From positions 1 to 32,420 of the forward strand of contig JAUCBJ010008469.1 in the NCBI GenBank assembly GCA_032718475.1: a stretch of DNA of 32,420 nucleotides, read 5' to 3'. How positions within the stretch are numbered: the stretch's first letter is position 1; each line of letters begins with the position of its first letter. Positions 30,409-32,420 of this stretch are shown here, piece after piece. The position numbers and the translations under genes were made by a program. The notes under the pieces are model-generated. The model did no database searches and was not told the origin of the DNA. It saw only the letters and a program-made list of their open reading frames with translations. Source of the stretch: Nemertoderma westbladi (lineage: Eukaryota; Animalia; Xenacoelomorpha).

Positions 30409-31967
30409 CAGAGGCGTAGCGAGGGGGGGGGGGAATGTTCTCCCGGGCGCACTCACCCGGGGGCGTAGCGAGGGGGGGATGTTCCCCCGGGCGCACTCAC
30501 CCAGAGGCGTAGCGAGGGGGGATGTTCTCCCGGGCGCACTCACCCGGGGGCGTAGCGAGGGGGGGATGTTCCCCCGGGCGCACTCACCCAGAGGCGTAGC
30601 GAGGGGGGATGTTCTCCCGGGCGCACTCACCCGGGGGCGTAGCGAGGGGGGGGATGTTCCCCCGGGCGCACTCACCCAGAGGCGTAGCGAGGGGGGATGT
30701 TCCCCCGGGCGCACTCACCCAGAGGCGTAGCGAGGGGGGGGATGTTCCCCCGGGCGCACTCACCCAGAGGCGTAGCGAGGGGGGATGTTCTCCCGGGCGC
30801 ACTCACCCGGGGGCGTAGCGAGGGGGGGATGTTCCCCCGGGCGCACTCACCCAGAGGCGTAACGAGGGGGGGGATGTTCCCCCGGGCGCACTCACCCAGA
30901 GGCGTAACGAGGGGGGGGGTGTTCCCCCGGGCGCACTCACCCAGAGGCGTAGCGAGGGGGGATGTTCTCCCGGGCGCACTCACCCGGGGGCATAGCGAGG
31001 GGGGGGATGTTCCCCCGGGCGCACTCACCCAGAGGCGTAACGAGGGGGGGGATGTTCCCCCGGGCGCACTCACCCAGAGGCGTAGCGAGGGGGGGGATGT
31101 TCCCCCGGGCGCACTCACCCAGAGGCGTAGCGAGGGGGGATGTTCTCCCGGGCGCACTCACCCGGGGGCGTAGCGAGGGGGGGGATGTTCCCCCGGGCGC
31201 ACTCACCCAGAGGCGTAACGAGGGGGGGATGTTCCCCCGGGCGCACTCACCCAGAGGCGTAGCGAGGGGGGATGTTCCCCCGGGCGCACTCACCCGGGGG
31301 CGTAGCGAGGGGGGGGATGTTCCCCCGGGCGCACTCACCCAGAGGCGTAACAAGGGGGGGGATGTTCCCCCGGGCGCACTCACCCAGAGGCGTAGCGAGG
31401 GGGGGATGTTCCCCTGGGCGCACTCACCCAGAGGCGTAGCGAGGGGGGATGTTCTCCCGGGCGCACTCACCCGGGGGCGTAGCGAGGGGGGGATGTTCCC
31501 CCGGGCGCACTCACCCAGAGGCGTAACGAGGGGGGGATGTTCCCCCGGGCGCACTCACCCAGAGGCGTAGCGAGGGGGGGGATGTTCCCCCGGGCGCACT
31601 CACCCAGAGGCGTAGCGAGGGGGGATGTTCTCCCGGGCGCACTCACCCGGGGGCGTAGCGAGGGGGGGGATGTTCCCCCGGGCGCACTCACCCAGAGGCG
31701 TAACGAGGGGGGGATGTTCCCCCGGGCGCACTCACCCAGAGGCGTAGCGAGGGGGGGGATGTTCCCCCGGGCGCACTCTCCCAGAGGCGTAGCGAGGGGG
31801 GATGTTCTCCCGGGCGCACTCACCCGGGGGCGTAGCGAGGGGGGGGATGTTCCCCCGGGCGCACTCACCCAGAGGCGTAACGAGGGGGGGGATGTTCCCC
31901 CGGGCGCACTCACCCAGAGGCGTAGCGAGGGGGGGATGTTCCCCCGGGCGCACTCACCCGGGGGCGT
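30409..31967. repeat. GC-rich minisatellite, unit of about 43-45 bp, roughly 35 copies
   Basis: Unit c(a/g)g(a/g)ggcgta(g/a)cga(G6-8)atgttc(c/t)cccgggcgcactcacc. Length variation comes from the G run. Confidence 0.98.
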
Positions 31968-32227
31968 TTAAATGTTTTTTTATGCATTTATTAAATGTAA
32001 CATTTTTCTCAGCTCGCTTCGCTCGCCATTTAATATATTATAATTGCACTACTACTGTATATCAAACTTGTATATAATAGATTTCATGATTTGATATAGT
32101 ATACTGTTATATATATATCATATTAAAAAAAAACGTCATAAATGAAAAGTTAAAATTATTGAAGGTGGGGGGGGGGCGCCATCTCAGCTTCATTCCCCGG
32201 GCGCCAGAAGGGCTCGCTACGCCTCTG
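30409..32227. mobile_element. Non-autonomous hAT-like element (1819 bp), mostly minisatellite
   Basis: 15-bp TIR CAGAGGCGTAGCGAG...CTCGCTACGCCTCTG and a perfect 8-bp TSD GTGGTGTA (30401-30408 and 32228-32235). Confidence 0.93.
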
Positions 32228-32420
32228 GTGGTGTAATCCGGAGATAGGGGGGCAAAACTCTATTTATATAAACACTGGACGCAAAACCCGCCTTGTCAAA
32301 TTAATATCCCGCCTCAATGTTAAATTCTCTATTTAGGGAAAGGAGCAGGTTACAGTGGTCGGTTATTTTAACCAAAACAATAAACAATAGAACAGGTTAC
32401 AGAATTATTTTTGAGAATAA

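Larger units (their letters stand above)
30200..32420. mobile_element. Foldback/MITE-like inverted arms (about 30200-30375 and 32240-32420) interrupted centrally by the hAT
   Basis: The two arms are imperfect reverse complements (ctgtaacctgtt...gtttattgtttt.gtta.aataa...ccactgtaa..tgctcctt). The right arm runs off the window. Confidence 0.6.

Noticed and set aside
30353-32077. Many overlapping ORFs on both strands
   Set aside because: They are translations of a GC-rich minisatellite with few stop codons, and the frames shift with G-run length.

Overview
Transposon-dense, AT-rich animal (most likely bilaterian invertebrate) genomic DNA. It holds two intact, convergent host genes whose coding regions have no introns: a PRA1/RABAC1-family gene (3003-3674, +) and a TspanC8-type tetraspanin (8749-9693, -). 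The largest element is a 12.6-kb non-autonomous BEL/Pao LTR retrotransposon (16041-28601, -) with a GCACT target-site duplication (TSD) and LTRs about 98.6% identical. It keeps gag-protease, has lost RT and integrase, and carries a decayed orphan ORF at the env position. The rest includes a diverged sister LTR inserted in an RTE-like LINE fragment, several non-autonomous DNA transposons with terminal inverted repeats (TIRs; two hAT-like, one with a 5-bp TSD, one TA-TSD Tc1/mariner-like, partly nested three deep), a Gypsy integrase remnant, and SINE and Helitron remnants. The most notable observations are: (i) a TA-TSD element carrying seven co-oriented CTCF-like motifs about 186 bp apart, some with the upstream module; (ii) the asymmetric-LTR, PBS-less BEL element with an orphan ORF; (iii) a hAT whose own left TIR has been amplified into a 1.55-kb minisatellite; (iv) apparent transposon excision footprints; (v) paired cysteine loss in the tetraspanin. 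All calls come from manual reading; no database searches were run.
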